64,000 nucleotides of DNA from positions 51,646,001-51,710,000 of the forward strand of contig OX597820.1 of assembly GCA_951406725.2 (NCBI GenBank), read 5' to 3'. Shown one piece after another: positions 14,255 through 27,658 of the stretch; positions within the stretch are counted from its first letter, which is position 1, and each line of letters starts with the position of its first letter. Made by a program: the position numbers and the translations under genes. The DNA comes from Octopus vulgaris (lineage: Eukaryota). Under the pieces are notes generated by a model. It was not told where the DNA came from and made no database searches. It saw only the letters and a program-made list of their open reading frames with translations.

Positions 14255-14421
14255 GTATAAGTAACGTAAGTACCGGAAGTACTTTGTGGCTTTGTTTGCA
14301 TTTCTGAAGATAACAGAAACCCTTTTCTCCCACCCCTAACCCTAACCCTAACCCCCCCCCCCATATATATATATATATAAAGCAGTTTCTTGAAATGTAT
14401 CCGGTATTTCGGTACTTATAC
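14255..14421. mobile_element. MITE-like element with ~26-28 bp imperfect TIRs and internal (CCCTAA)3
   Basis: Left end gtataagtaacgtaagtaccggaagtac versus right-end reverse complement gtataagtaccgaaataccggatac. Telomeric hexamers at 14334-14351. Confidence 0.6.
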
Positions 14422-14849
14422 CAAAGTCACGCAAACAAGCGTGTTTGTTGGGGAAGGTGGAATTTGAACACTCTGCGCGACGAAAAGCTACAATCGTCAA
14501 AGGACGGGCGAACATATCAGCTCTCTATATGAGGCCATAAACACTGTAGGTAAGATTATGTGTGAGCTCTCTGAGACTTGGTTGGTCACCCAGCTCGTGA
14601 GGTTGTCACGATAAAAACAATGCTGATTGCACAAACTTATAAACGCAACATAAAAATGAATAACGACAAATTCAGATAATAATCATATCTGCGTTAAAGG
14701 GACCGTGAATCTTAACAGGGAAGGTGTCGATCAAAGCAGGTAAAAAGTATTGGATCAAGCTCCGGAAGGTCATCATCAAATCATTGATCAGGACTAGAAC
14801 TGAAGTTAAAATTGCAGATGAAGGAAAACGAAATGGGAAAAATAGTGAT

Positions 14850-16640
14850 AAACAAGATTGTAATTGAATTTTGGCTGAGAAAAGTGGCCAATAAAAGAGA
14901 ATGCGAATGAAATGAATACATGATGAAAAAGGAGTTTTTGAAGCTCCCTCCGGTTTGCTACATTATGCAAGAGCAGTTCGTACAAATTATTGGATCATAG
15001 GAGATTTAGAGTTTGAAGAACATGAAATAACAATAGCAGAAAGAAGTAGGAGATGAAAAAAACTGTAAGAGAAGGAAATCACTGCGTGCCTGAAAGTGTT
15101 GATGGAGTTAACAGTGAAGAGGATCTATGGGGATAAGTGACAGTAAATGTTGCACAATACTTGAACGGTGAAGAGAATGAGATTCTAGAAATGCTGCGAG
15201 GTAAAAATGTGTGACGTGGACAATGAAATGTCACCAAATTTAAGGTATATGAACAGAGTAAAAGTAAGGAGGGCTACAGAGAAACCTAATAACGTTTTTG
15301 AGCTTGGTTAAAACATAGAGCTTTAGTGAAATAAAGTAGCTAATCGTAGCTACTGCTAAAGGCCTAACTGATTTATTTCGATGCATACGGAAGACTGCTG
15401 AAGAAGAAAAAAAAGGGAAAGGAAATGAAAGAGCCAAACTGGAGGAAGAGAATACGAAAGAAGTTGGAAAAGAGACTGAAAGAATTGGGAAATCGAATAG
15501 GAGAGAGATATGATAGTAGATATAGAGGCTTAGAATGGAAAAGATTGTTTCAATTAAATAGTAGACGTCTTTTAGAGGACATAGAGGAGCAACAACCTCA
15601 GGGACTGATTCCTCATGCGGAAAAATAAAGTATTTTAAAGACAACTTTATAAAAAGGACAGTGAGACATAAAGAAATTGTAGAGCGGCAATCACAGACAG
15701 ACATCTTGCTACTATACCAAGACAAACGTCAGAATTGTTCTAAATTGTGTGAATCCGAAGGTAAAAAACAGAAGATGTCCTGGCCCTGACGGAGCATAAA
15801 GCTACAAAGTGAAGAACTTTACACCGATTCATGGAAGGATGGCTACACAACCGGATGAATGTTTGCATCATGGTCATGTCCGTACCTGGATGACAAGTGG
15901 ATGAATGTTGTTATGCCTCAACGACACTTTGAATGATAAATTTGTATCAAATGTTCGACGTACAACAGGTTTACCACTTATGACTGTTTTCTTGTTGGAA
16001 AACTTATATAATCATTTGGAAAGTATCAATCTACTTCCCGTAGAAAACAAACAATGCAAGAAGCAAAATGGGTTAACAGGGGACCACTTATAAGATGTTA
16101 AAGGATAACTGGAAATTGTAGAATCGGATTGGCGGGATTGAATGTAACATTAGTGGATTACAGAAGAATATATGACATGGTACTACATAGCAGGATAAGT
16201 AAAACAATGAGCACATTTGACGTGGCAGAGAGTATGGAGGAAATGGTATATGAAGGTATTAAAAATACGAAAAATGAATTGATTGTGCAAAAACAAAGTA
16301 TTGGGAAAGTGAACATTAGACTAGATATATTTCATGGTGGTAACCTATAATTATTGTGGTGTCCATCGTAATACTCAATTTGTTATCATGAGAGGTTAAA
16401 ATGGTTTAGGATTTGGTAAAAGGATATCGTAAGATAAATCATCTCTTTTCCATGGATGATATAAATCTGAAACAAAAATATGGTTTGGGTTGAAAAGGGA
16501 GCAATTAAAAAAAAGAAAGAGAAAGTCTTCATATAGCAGGTCAAGATGAAGCGTCAAAAATGTACTAATTGTGAAAATATGTGCGAGGATAGAAGGTGTA
16601 AGCAAAATGTAGAACGAGTGGGATTTGAGATGAAATAATG
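14850..16640 (+). mobile_element. Heavily decayed R4/Dong-type LINE (N-terminal region plus RT)
   Basis: PNWRKRIRKKLEKR, CPGPDG, WMTSG, LVDYRRIYDMVLHSRI, DIFHGGNL, INHLFSMDDINL, FGFG. Boundaries are approximate. Confidence 0.75.
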
Positions 16641-16859
16641 GCACACATTGTTAGAGAATATCCCAAGTTCAATCACGGAGAATTTAAGAGATGGTGGCAT
16701 GATCAAGTTGGGAAGTTTCGCAGCAGAAGCTTTGTCATAATGGGGGTGGATTTGAAGATGGAAATAATTCGTATAATCATCAGGTGCAAATAATATTTGT
16801 GTCAGAGAAATGCAAGATTATATGGAATTTCTCTATTCAACCAGATAAGAAGCAAGACA

Positions 16860-17240
16860 ATAATAACCCAGGCATGAACTAAGCTAGGTTTGATGCATAT
16901 TTCCTTTAGTTAATAATAGCTATTTCTTTTTTCCATCTCATCCTAATGCACCTATAACTACAGGCATACGTTTTACTCGTACTTTCCGTTGCTCAATAGC
17001 TACGTCGTGGTATTTTGCTGTTTCTTCTATACCTCTCATAAGGAAATTCTCCTCATTTGGGACGGTAAAGTCAATTATCTGGCAATTTCTATTTACTTTG
17101 TCTACTATTACTAAAACAAGCATTTTGGCTTCTATTACGTTATCAGTTGTTGGGATCACCATAGTAATGTGTTGAGAGAAATTATTTGTAGTTTGAATAA
17201 CCTCTGGAAATATGGATGTTTGAAACAGTATCCTCAACCC
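16860..17240 (-). mobile_element. R4/Dong-type LINE RLE-domain fragment
   Basis: TDNVIEAK..LVIVDKVNRNCQIIDFTVP..E..KYHDVAIE..MPVVIGALG. Confidence 0.8.
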
Positions 17241-17499
17241 TTATTCAGGGATCGTTTGAACAGAATGAGTTCCGCGACTTGAAAAAAATTTTCATCGGGA
17301 CACACCTGCAATTTCATGCGTTGTCTACTTTGATATGACGTCAATACGTTGTGTACATACTACTGTGATGTATGTACCGTGTTTATTCCGATCAGATGTG
17401 TGGCCATGACTAACTGGATAACAGAGAAAATGGGCAAAAAGCAGGTGGATTTCCAGTGAAGGTTATTTAAATGAACGGGGGAAAGTATTAATCGTATAG

Positions 17500-17850
17500 T
17501 TAGTGAATGTAGTTTGCAGATACAGAAATACTACAAGAAAATACATAGCAACCTTGGAAGAATTATCCACTGAGTGTTATGTAGTAAGCTAGAGTCTTCT
17601 CTCTCGCCTTTTCTAAACCAATCACTAGAAGTTCTAAAGCCATGACTGCAGAGATTCTGGCTCTGGGAGAGCATCCCTTTCGGAGTAGGGAGTAGGAGAG
17701 GTTTATAAGCATATAGAAACGATAATATTGAACTAATCGACTTTGTTTTAAATGAATAGACAATGCTGTTATACGCAAAGGTAAATCCGGAAAATTTGGT
17801 GGGGTTTTACCACAGCACCTGCATAGGCAATTCTTGTCCATCAAAGAGCA
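17500..17850 (-). mobile_element. Possible decayed L1/Tx1-type AP-endonuclease fragment
   Basis: RITALSIHLKQ resembles DI.ALSETHL, and SLLRKGCSP...LLVIGLE resembles GVAILL...GRLLV.D. The resemblance is weak. Confidence 0.3.
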
Positions 17851-20299
17851 TCATTGATCACCAGGCAGGGGGATCGGTTGAATTGCATAGATATTGTTTT
17901 GATATGGATCACTATTCGGACAGGAAGAGAGACGAATTTACAAGCACGTTGTGCAGACTCACTTAGCAATGGACTGAGACGAATTTAGCATTGACAGGTC
18001 GAGCGGAATTTCATCTCTTCCATCTTTTATGAAGTTCATTCTCTGCCAGTGACCCCTTGAATGTCCATGCCTTGGATGATGATACGCAGACGTTCGCTGG
18101 CTCTAATTCATTTGCAGATATTGCAGAACGGTGAGCTGGTTAGGTTTACATCTATTTGAAACGTTTTCCCACAGCTCATTGTTTGAGTGAGCTACAGTGA
18201 GTAAAGGCCAAGATTTCGCGCCCTACATCTCAAATAACATGAAGCACTTCCTGCTCTTTACCAGTCAGACAATAGGTCAGTGGAAGTTCCACTTTAGTAA
18301 TACAGAGAGAATTAGCTGTGCGTAAGAGCAAGAAGTTTTTTGCAAAATATTTTGGTATCGATGATGACGAAATTAATTTTCTGTCTGGTAATTCTTTTGT
18401 TCCGGGGACTAGTATAGATAACTTACCAAACCCCCTAGTTTGGAATTGCTATCAATGGACACTAACGATTCTAGGTAGATCCAACAGAACAGAAGTGACC
18501 CCAGGTGGGACCGTACGAAATGCAAGCCCATCCATGCATTCGCGACAACAAAGGAACGGAGCATTCAACACAAATGAAAACTGAAGAATCGAAATAAAGA
18601 TATTATTCTTGCTATCTAAATTCAAATATAAATGTTGAAGGATGAACTATTCCACAAGAATCAATGTATAAGGCTTACGTTATATATTGAATATGATATC
18701 GAAATTTCACACCGATCATAATTGGTAAATATCAGAGTATGTAGCTTACATGTGGTCTCCTCCCAAAATGTTAAATATGACAGAAATGCCACTTTTTTAT
18801 AGCCTTCAATATCAATAGTGCTGTTGTAATGACTCCTATCGAGAAAAGTTACCTTTATATTAGATATCAAGACTGTACCTCACACAAACTAACATTGTAA
18901 TAGATACATATGGATTATGTAGCAAATACATGGGGAACAATATTAAGGCATATATATGTAGCAATATTTATCATAAACAATATGATTTCAAGAGAGAAAT
19001 AAATACTCTTCAGGTGAGAAATAAATACTCTGTCAAAAGGAAATTTATTATAATTTAGAGTCTGCTTTGTTTCTCCAAAACATCAATTGTATTCTCTTTA
19101 TATATAAACTTACATTAAAATAATAATCTTAAAATAGAATCTAAAATTTCAAGATAAATTATACACCGAATGTCACATGAAATATCCGATTGTAACAAAA
19201 TAATTATCATCCAAATGCAACGTAAACAACACAATAGAATTAATCAAATTTAATGTAAGATCCTTTCAAACTAAGAAAAAAGGTAAATTATTGCTATGAA
19301 GGCACACAAAAATACGTTCTCAAAATATTAGAAATGCTACAGAACCAACGGTACAGAAAGTGTCAAAGATTTATAGCAAAACAGAATCATATTAAAAAAG
19401 AAGTAAAATAAACACGAGCCGAATTACATACAAACCATCAAAACAAACAAAAAGGTAGACATACAACTCCACACCTAAAGCTATTTGAAGATATGACCTA
19501 GCATAAACGAGAAGACGGGCACGGAAACACAGTAGAACATTGATTAAGGCAGATGGGGCAACCATTAAATTACACACAATTACGCGAATATTCTAAAGAA
19601 TAAATAAGCGTAATTTATCTCTAAAAAAAAGATAATATCTGAATATTGATTGACTGAATAATCATCGTTGTAGCAATTCTAATCCATGCTTTATCTACAA
19701 AATGACACCCGTTCTGCCAAGAAACAATGTTCAAAACTACAGCGTAGAAAAAGGAGATTTTTCATTCTTTTTTCAATCTACTTTAGTTTGTGAAGTTGAA
19801 AAGGAAGAAGCACATGATAAAACTACCTAAAGAAATATATATATTTATTTTAAGTCTCAATACAATAGAAGCCAAAGAAAATGGTTAAACCTATGATACC
19901 AGTAAAAATATGCATTAGAAATCACTCTAGGAAACACACTTTCCGCCCAATGAAAAAGTTTTTGAATGAAATACGCAAAACTTATACATGTATTTAGTAA
20001 AAATTATAATAAATTGCCCCAGGATTTGTTCCAGCAAAGACAGTAAATGAAGCATGGTGGTAATCTTCAGAGAATAAAATATTTAAACTAACGGAGAAAA
20101 AAATATATAGTCACAACCTAACAATGATCTAGCTTAACAAGTGATTAACGACTAAATCGAATTACTCAGGAAACCAAGTATCCAAATTTTGACTGAATTG
20201 TCGGAACCATGCACACCTATATATGGGTGTAAGCTTAAGGTGCATGATGAGGAAACAGGATATATCTAATTCTCAACATCGTCTACAGTAACTCTTATA

Positions 20300-21595
20300 C
20301 GAGGGGCGTTCAATAAGTAATGTCCCTGACCCACTTTCCATAGCAGTAGAGCAACCAAACTAGAGTGCATGTGTATTAGGCTTTTTCTACATAGGAACTA
20401 CCCAGAGTTATGCATTTCTTCCATCGTTTGAAGCAGCTCTGGAGACCGTTTTTGTAGAAGACCCCAGCTTGGTCCTCCAACCACGACGTGACTTCAGAAA
20501 TCAAGGCTGCATCATCTGGGAAACGCTATCCTTTCAAAAACAACTTCATGGCTGGGAAGAGGGGAAAATCAGAGGGTGCAAGGTCAGGAGAGTAGGGGGG
20601 GTTGGGGGAGGAGTTCATAGCCGCACGCCTGTGCTTCTGATCTGGCGACACGCGAGTTGTGGACCGGAGCGTTGTCCTGCAGGAGGAGGATGCCTTTGCT
20701 GATCTTGCCCCGCCTCTTGATTTTGATAGCTTCTCTTAATTTCCTCAAAAGTGAAGTATAATAGGCTCCTGTAATTGTGGTACCCTTTGCCAGGAAATAT
20801 GTCATCACTACACCGTCCTGCTCCCAGAAGACTGTGAGCATGAACTTGCCAGCGGAGGGCTGCACCCTTGCCTTCTTTGGAGGAGGTGAATCACGGAGCT
20901 TCCACTGCATTGACTGGGCTTTGGTCTCTGGATCATAGTGATGGACCCAGGTTTCATCCTGTGTAATCAGTCTTTTGAAAAATTTGACTCATCTTCTTGG
21001 CACATCTCCAAATTCATCCTCGAGCACTCGACGCGTTCTTGCTTCTGGAAAGGTGTGAGCAACCTGGGAATCCATCTGGCAAACACCTTTTGCATATGCA
21101 AATGGTCATGAATTATAGTTTCCACAGACCTGGTACTAATCGTGACCGCACGGGCTATTTGGCGAATAGTTATGCGTCGATCTTCCAAAATGGCAGCCTC
21201 AACTTGACGGACAGATGCCTCATCAATGGCAGAAGGGAGGCGACCAGATTTGTGAGCTGTTTCCACAGAGTTCCGACCATGTTTGAATTCACGATGCCAG
21301 CGTTTTACAAGTTCATATCATGGGACATCATCACCATAAGTTACTTTCATTTCATCAAAAGTCTCCCGTGGTGTGCGTCCTTTCAAATACAAAAACCGGA
21401 TCACTGCTTGATACTCAACAGGCTCCATTTCACACTTGACTCAGTTCAAACACCTGTAAATCAGAAACCAGAATTAGTTCATAGCTGTAATTTGCCACTT
21501 AAACTGTAGAGATATAAAGAATTGAACATGCAAATTTTCAGCTAGATCAAACAAGAGCAAGTGGGTCAGAAGCATTACTTATTGAACGCCCCTGG
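20300..21595 (-). mobile_element. Full-length mariner (irritans-like) with ~38-bp TIRs and TA target duplication
   Basis: TA-CGAGGGGCGTTCAATAAGTAATGTCCCTGACCCACTT ... AAGTGGGTCAGAAGCATTACTTATTGAACGCCCCTGG-TA. Confidence 0.97.
20376..21428 (-). pseudogene. Mariner DD34D transposase pseudogene (premature stop, frameshifts)
   Basis: MEPVEYQAVIRFLYLKG..DDVP*YELVKRW..., WIPRLL, ITQDETWVHHYDPETK, LLQDNAPVH, frameshifted PPYSPDLAPSDF, and C-terminus KRWKKCITLGSSYVEKA*. Confidence 0.95.
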
Positions 21596-21704
21596 TATAC
21601 ATAAATTTCCAAACTATTACAAAATGCATTGGGGTTCTACATAGGCAGCTAAAATTCTTTTGTGTATTATCATATCCTACTTTTACATTTAATGTTTTTT
21701 TTAT

Positions 21705-22072
21705 CTCTTTTACTCTATTATATATTTCAGTCATTTGACGGCGGCCATACTGGAGCACCGCATTTAGTCAAGCAAATCGACCTTAGTACTTATTCTTTGT
21801 AAGCCTAGTGCTTATTCTAACGGCCTCTGTTGCCGAACCGCTAAGTTACGGGGACGTAAACACACCAGCATCGGGTGTCAAGTGATGTTGGAGGATGGGG
21901 TGGCAAACACAATAAACACACACACATATATATATATATATGCTTCCGTCTACCAAATCCACTCACAAGGCTATATTAGAAGACACTTGCCCAAGGTGCC
22001 ACGCAGTGCGTCTGAACTCAGAACCATGTGGTTGATAAGCAAACTACTTACCATACAGCCAATCCTGCGCCT
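21705..22072 (-). mobile_element. tRNA-derived SINE family A
   Basis: Same tail and head as the other copies (aggcgcagga.tggctgt.tggtaag... on the minus strand). Confidence 0.9.
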
Positions 22073-22085
22073 TCAAATAAGTAAC

Positions 22086-22202
22086 GTTTACAGCACCTAG
22101 GATCCCAAGCGGCCACCCTTCTAAGTACTAACTAGGCCCAACATTGCTCACCTTCGGTGATCGGACGAGAACCGATGTTTTCAAAGTGATATGGCCGTAA
22201 AG
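22086..22202 (-). pseudogene. 5S rRNA pseudogene (or 5S-derived SINE head)
   Basis: Minus strand reads CTTTACGGCCATATCACTTTGAAAACATCGGTTCTCGTCCGATCACCGAAGGTGAGCAATGTTGGGCCTAGTTAGTACTTAGAAGGGTGGCCGCTTGGGATCCTAGGTGCTGTAAAC. Helix I (TTTACGGC/GCTGTAAA) is retained. Confidence 0.93.
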
Positions 22203-22485
22203 ATCTGTATGAAATAGTTGCTGAATGCAAGTATACCTTCATGTGAAGTTAACGGTTTTTTTAACTTATGATAAATATTGCGTTGTTACTTACCGTTTTA
22301 GCCGATTATGTATAGACATGGAAATCGTCCCACTTGAATTTCCAGGAGTGTACTTGCGTAACACTTTCTTACGATCTCTCATTAATTGAGTTATGAATAT
22401 TTTGAATGCATTTTTCATTACGTGTACATTAATTTGTTACATGAATACATATATGTATGTATATATATATATATATATATGTGTA

Positions 22486-22560
<75 letters not shown>

Positions 22561-22576
22561 GTATATATATAAATTC

Positions 22577-22950
22577 TAACTTCGGTAATTTGGTACGATC
22601 GTTTCATGCTACATCATTTTAGTAAATGTTGTAGGTATTACAGCAATTTTCAAATGTTGAGCAATCATCAGCCATTAATAGAGGTTTTCTATTAATATTT
22701 AATTTTCATATCAGCTGAATATTCTGAATATTCTTCAGTCAGTTGATAAACTCTACTACCTTAATGTTCTTCAAATTAAAATCGACATCTTTGTCTATAT
22801 ATCTACCTTCTCTATAATGTTATCAATTGATATGGAAAGTATGTATTAATGGAAAACCTCTATTGCCCAACATTTTTTAATTGTTGTAATACTTACAACA
22901 TTTAATAAAATGCTGTGGCGCGATACGATCGTACCAAATTACCGAAGTTA
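22577..22950. repeat. Inverted repeat (arms ~22577-22720 and ~22823-22950) carrying a hammerhead motif
   Basis: taacttcggtaatttggtacgatcgt... versus ...acgatcgtaccaaattaccgaagtta; gaggttttctattaata versus tattaatggaaaacctc. Confidence 0.92.
22588..22676 (-). ncRNA. Type I hammerhead ribozyme motif with long stem II
   Basis: Minus strand reads AATGG-CTGATGA-T-TGCT-CAACATTT...AAATGATG-T-AGCA-T-GAAAC-GATC-GTA-CCA. Core boxes are intact, the stem III loop is palindromic GATC and the cleavage triplet is GUA. Confidence 0.8.
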
Positions 22951-23077
22951 TTCTTGTTGCATGTTTTGAATATATTCACCCCATCGATTTATATGGATTA
23001 CACCATACAAAATTCTGGTGCATCTAACTTAAATACCATATTCATTTGAATCAAAATTTTTCTGATCTTATATATAT

Positions 23078-23144
<67 letters not shown>

Positions 23145-23267
23145 TATATGTATATATATATATATGTAATGAATTCAAGAAACAAATTAAAGACAAAAAA
23201 ATATCAACGGAAGGACGTAGCACAGGAAAAGCATCAAAACGGCTCAGAGATGGGAAAAGAGTTGTTG

Positions 23268-23302
23268 TTTCACATTTCGAGCATAGCTCTTCTTTTGGAG
23301 AC
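23268..23302 (-). ncRNA. Degenerate minimal hammerhead motif (PLE pLTR remnant)
   Basis: Minus strand reads GTCTC-CAAAAGA-A-GAGC(tat)GCTC-GAAA-TGT-GAAAC. The first core box has 2 mismatches to CUGANGA. Confidence 0.45.
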
Positions 23303-23452
23303 AGGAAACACAAGACAGTCTAAAACAAAATGTGGAATGAGGAAAAAAGTAGCCAACAGACCATGTCTAGTTATATTTTTTGCATGACCGGAAGTAGGAG
23401 GACAACGAGAAATTGCTTTCTCTGACAGGAGAGAGTTAGGAATGGTCGGTAT

Positions 23453-23688
23453 AAGGCGGCGAACTGGCAGAAACGTTAGCACGCCGGGCGAAATGCTTAG
23501 CGGTATTTCGTCTGCGTTACGTTGTGAGTTCAAATTCCGCCGAGGTCGACTTTGCCTTTCATCTTTTCGGGGTCGATTAATTAAGTACCAGTTACGCACT
23601 GGGGTCGATGTAATCGACTTAATACCTATGTCTGTCCTTGTTTGTCCCCTCTGTGTTTGGCCCCTTGTGGGTAATAAAGAAATAGGTA
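23453..23688 (+). mobile_element. SINE family B (tRNA-like head, conserved central core)
   Basis: ggcggcgaactggcagaaacgttag (A-box-like), gagttcaaattcc (B-box) and core gcctttcatc.tttcggggtcgat.aattaagtaccag. Near-identical to copies at 46.5 kb. Confidence 0.88.
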
Positions 23689-24696
23689 TATATGTGTATG
23701 TCTGTGTGCGCATGCGTGTGAGCGTGTTGGTATGTGTGTGTGTGTGGTAGGATGTATGTGTATGGTGGTAACTGATTTTAATGCCGTGATGAGAGATCAA
23801 CAGCTACGTTGACAGGTGTGTATGGGTGGGTATATTAGTGTATGTTTGTTTTAGCACAGCTTCTTCGATGGAATGGTCAATAGTGAGTTTGGGCAGTCTG
23901 AAAGGTGTGTGAATGGGTGGTTGTGGATGTCTGTGTATGTGTGTGCGTGAGTGTTGGTGTGTGTACCTGAAATGAGTGGGAAAGTATGTATGTGCGTGTG
24001 CGAGTGTGTATGGGTGTGTCTATCTTAGTGCCTTATTCTGTCGCTCTTCCTCTCTGTATAAATATGTGCGTAGCTATCTCTGTGTGTCCCTCTGTTGCTC
24101 CATATATGTGTGTGTATGTGTGTGCGCGTGCAAATGTGTGTGTGCATGTATGTGTGCGTGTTTGTTTTGTGTAGAGGTGTGTGCGTGTGTGCGTATGCTT
24201 GTGTGTTGCGTGTGCGCGCCTGTGTGAGTGCATGTGTATGCGCGCGCATATATGTGCGAGGTGTGTGTGGGCTGTCTGTGGTCTGGATGTTGTGTGGTAT
24301 GGGAGTATAAAATAAAAATATTTAATAAAATTAATAATAATAATAATAAGTACATATGATAAATGAGAAATCATAAATAAATATTGGTAAATTGAAAACA
24401 GAAATAACAGAAAAAAATAAATAAAATCTTAAAAATATAAATAAAAAAGAAAGAAAGAACTCAAAGCAAATGAATAAAATAGCAATAGTAATAACATTAA
24501 AACATTTTTTTATAAATTGCATTAAACCTATAAGAAATAACCGAATAAAAGAATAAATGATAAAATAAGTCGAAATAACCGAATAACAAAAAATCATTTA
24601 AAAAAAGTTTTTTTATAATGTTGTATATGCAGTTTTTGAGAGGAGGGGTTGTGTTTAGTCCGAAAGGGTTTTGTTATGTAGTGTAAAAATGTAACT

Positions 24697-24900
24697 CTAT
24701 TCTAGGCAGAGTCTCGAGTTGGTGGATCCATTCTGCAGGGTAAGGCCGATGGTGGTGATACTTGAGGTGAAGTGGATGGCCAAGCGAATATCACGGACGA
24801 CGCTGGTGTTCGCACGTAGAGAAACATCTCGTAGGTGTTCGCTGAACCGCCCGTCTACCCGGTGGCCCGTCTGACTAACGTAGGGGTAGGATGGAGGGGT
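24697..24900 (-). mobile_element. PLE GIY-YIG endonuclease C-terminal fragment
   Basis: YVSQTGHRVDGRFSEHLRDV...HF...SRLCLE resembles YIGQTGR.L..RF.EH...R...E. Confidence 0.7.
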
Positions 24901-25064
24901 AGAAAAGAAGTTCAAAGGGGATGTGGTTGGTTGGGGGATTGGATTTGGGAGGGATAGATAGGCGGTAGTGCGATAAATTTGACGAGCCTTCTTCAGTACA
25001 TACATGTAAATATATATATATGTACCTTCATATATATATATATATATATCTTTATCTATGTCTA

Positions 25065-25155
<91 letters not shown>

Positions 25156-26067
25156 GTATTCATATATATGTGTGTATGCCTTTCGGTCAATGGAGGTGAC
25201 AGAAGAAATTGGATATATACATACACTAATTAAATTTATGAATACAGTTTATTGTTAACAAATGCATAAATTTTTGTAAAAAGATGATGTCTGAGTTTCC
25301 AAGCGTTTTGACGGAATCACTTTAACTTTCGGAGATATTTTTAGCTATTTAATATGTTTACGAATGAAGTTAGAAAACAGTGGATCAATAAACAATATAT
25401 TGTAGTTATACGCCTTAGGCAAGATTATGCCAACCAGAGAAGAGACAAAGGTAGTTTGTTTCATTACAAATGTGTTTACTTCATTGCATTTGTCATTGAT
25501 TGTGAATTCCGGCATATATATATATATATATATACAGACATAAACTATTCCGAATTTATAGATATAATTTCAGATTGAAAAACATACATGTTGCTGTTTT
25601 AAAGTACGTGAAAATACAAAGTTATATAAACTTATAATTTATTTTAATCTTAGGTGTACATTAAAATAAACAAGTTGGAAATGAATTCCTTTATATATTA
25701 TTTACTCATCATGGACACAAAAAAATCATACACAGCCAAACACACGCATACTCATCAATATATGCACTACATTATATAATGTATGCACTACATTATATAA
25801 TTTTGGTCGTAGTTTGAGAAGTATCTTACGTAAGCATCCTTTAGTTATGTCATATTCTAATGTTCCATTGCTGTGAAGAACCCGTGTCCAACAAAATATT
25901 TCAGTAAATATATAAATATATATACATATGAAATAGAAAAGAGTGAAAGAACTACAGAAGGCTTGTTTTATAAGGTTAAATAATATATTCAAGTCGTTAT
26001 GTTAGAAACATAGTTTTTAGAGAAATCAACTTAGGCTCTACGGTCGCGCCTCTCCCGATCGGAGGCG

Positions 26068-27150
<1,083 letters not shown>

Positions 27151-27658
27151 TTACTACTATGATTATTATTATTATTATTAGTTAATAAACCGTATGTTAT
27201 ACACCTGGTTGTTTACTAGTAAACAATATGTTTAAATATTCGCGTATGTATATGTGCATTTTATGTTCGTGTAACATATATACTTGATATATAAGTGGGG
27301 GTATCTGTGTAATATTCGTGTATCTATACAAAAGCAAGTTAATATAAATATATATGATCATATATGGGTTTTAGGTATGGATATTTCCACATCACACATT
27401 GGCTCTTCAAATTTTCACTTACCTATTATTTTAATCTCGCTTTTCACATTGATATAGAAGAAACTTGAATAACATGTCTCACTTGTGTTTTAAACACTGT
27501 CAGTCAGCAGCTGGCCTTACAAGAGATCTAAGGGCTCATCAACGGAGTGATTGTACTGTTTGTTAGGGTATGGTGTCTGTATTGATGGGACGGCTATCAT
27601 CTCTCAGAATGTATATATATATATATTCGGAGGTTTGGACGTGATGTAGAGATATTAT

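Noticed and set aside
20997-21509. 170-aa plus-strand ORF
   Set aside because: Antisense shadow of the mariner transposase.
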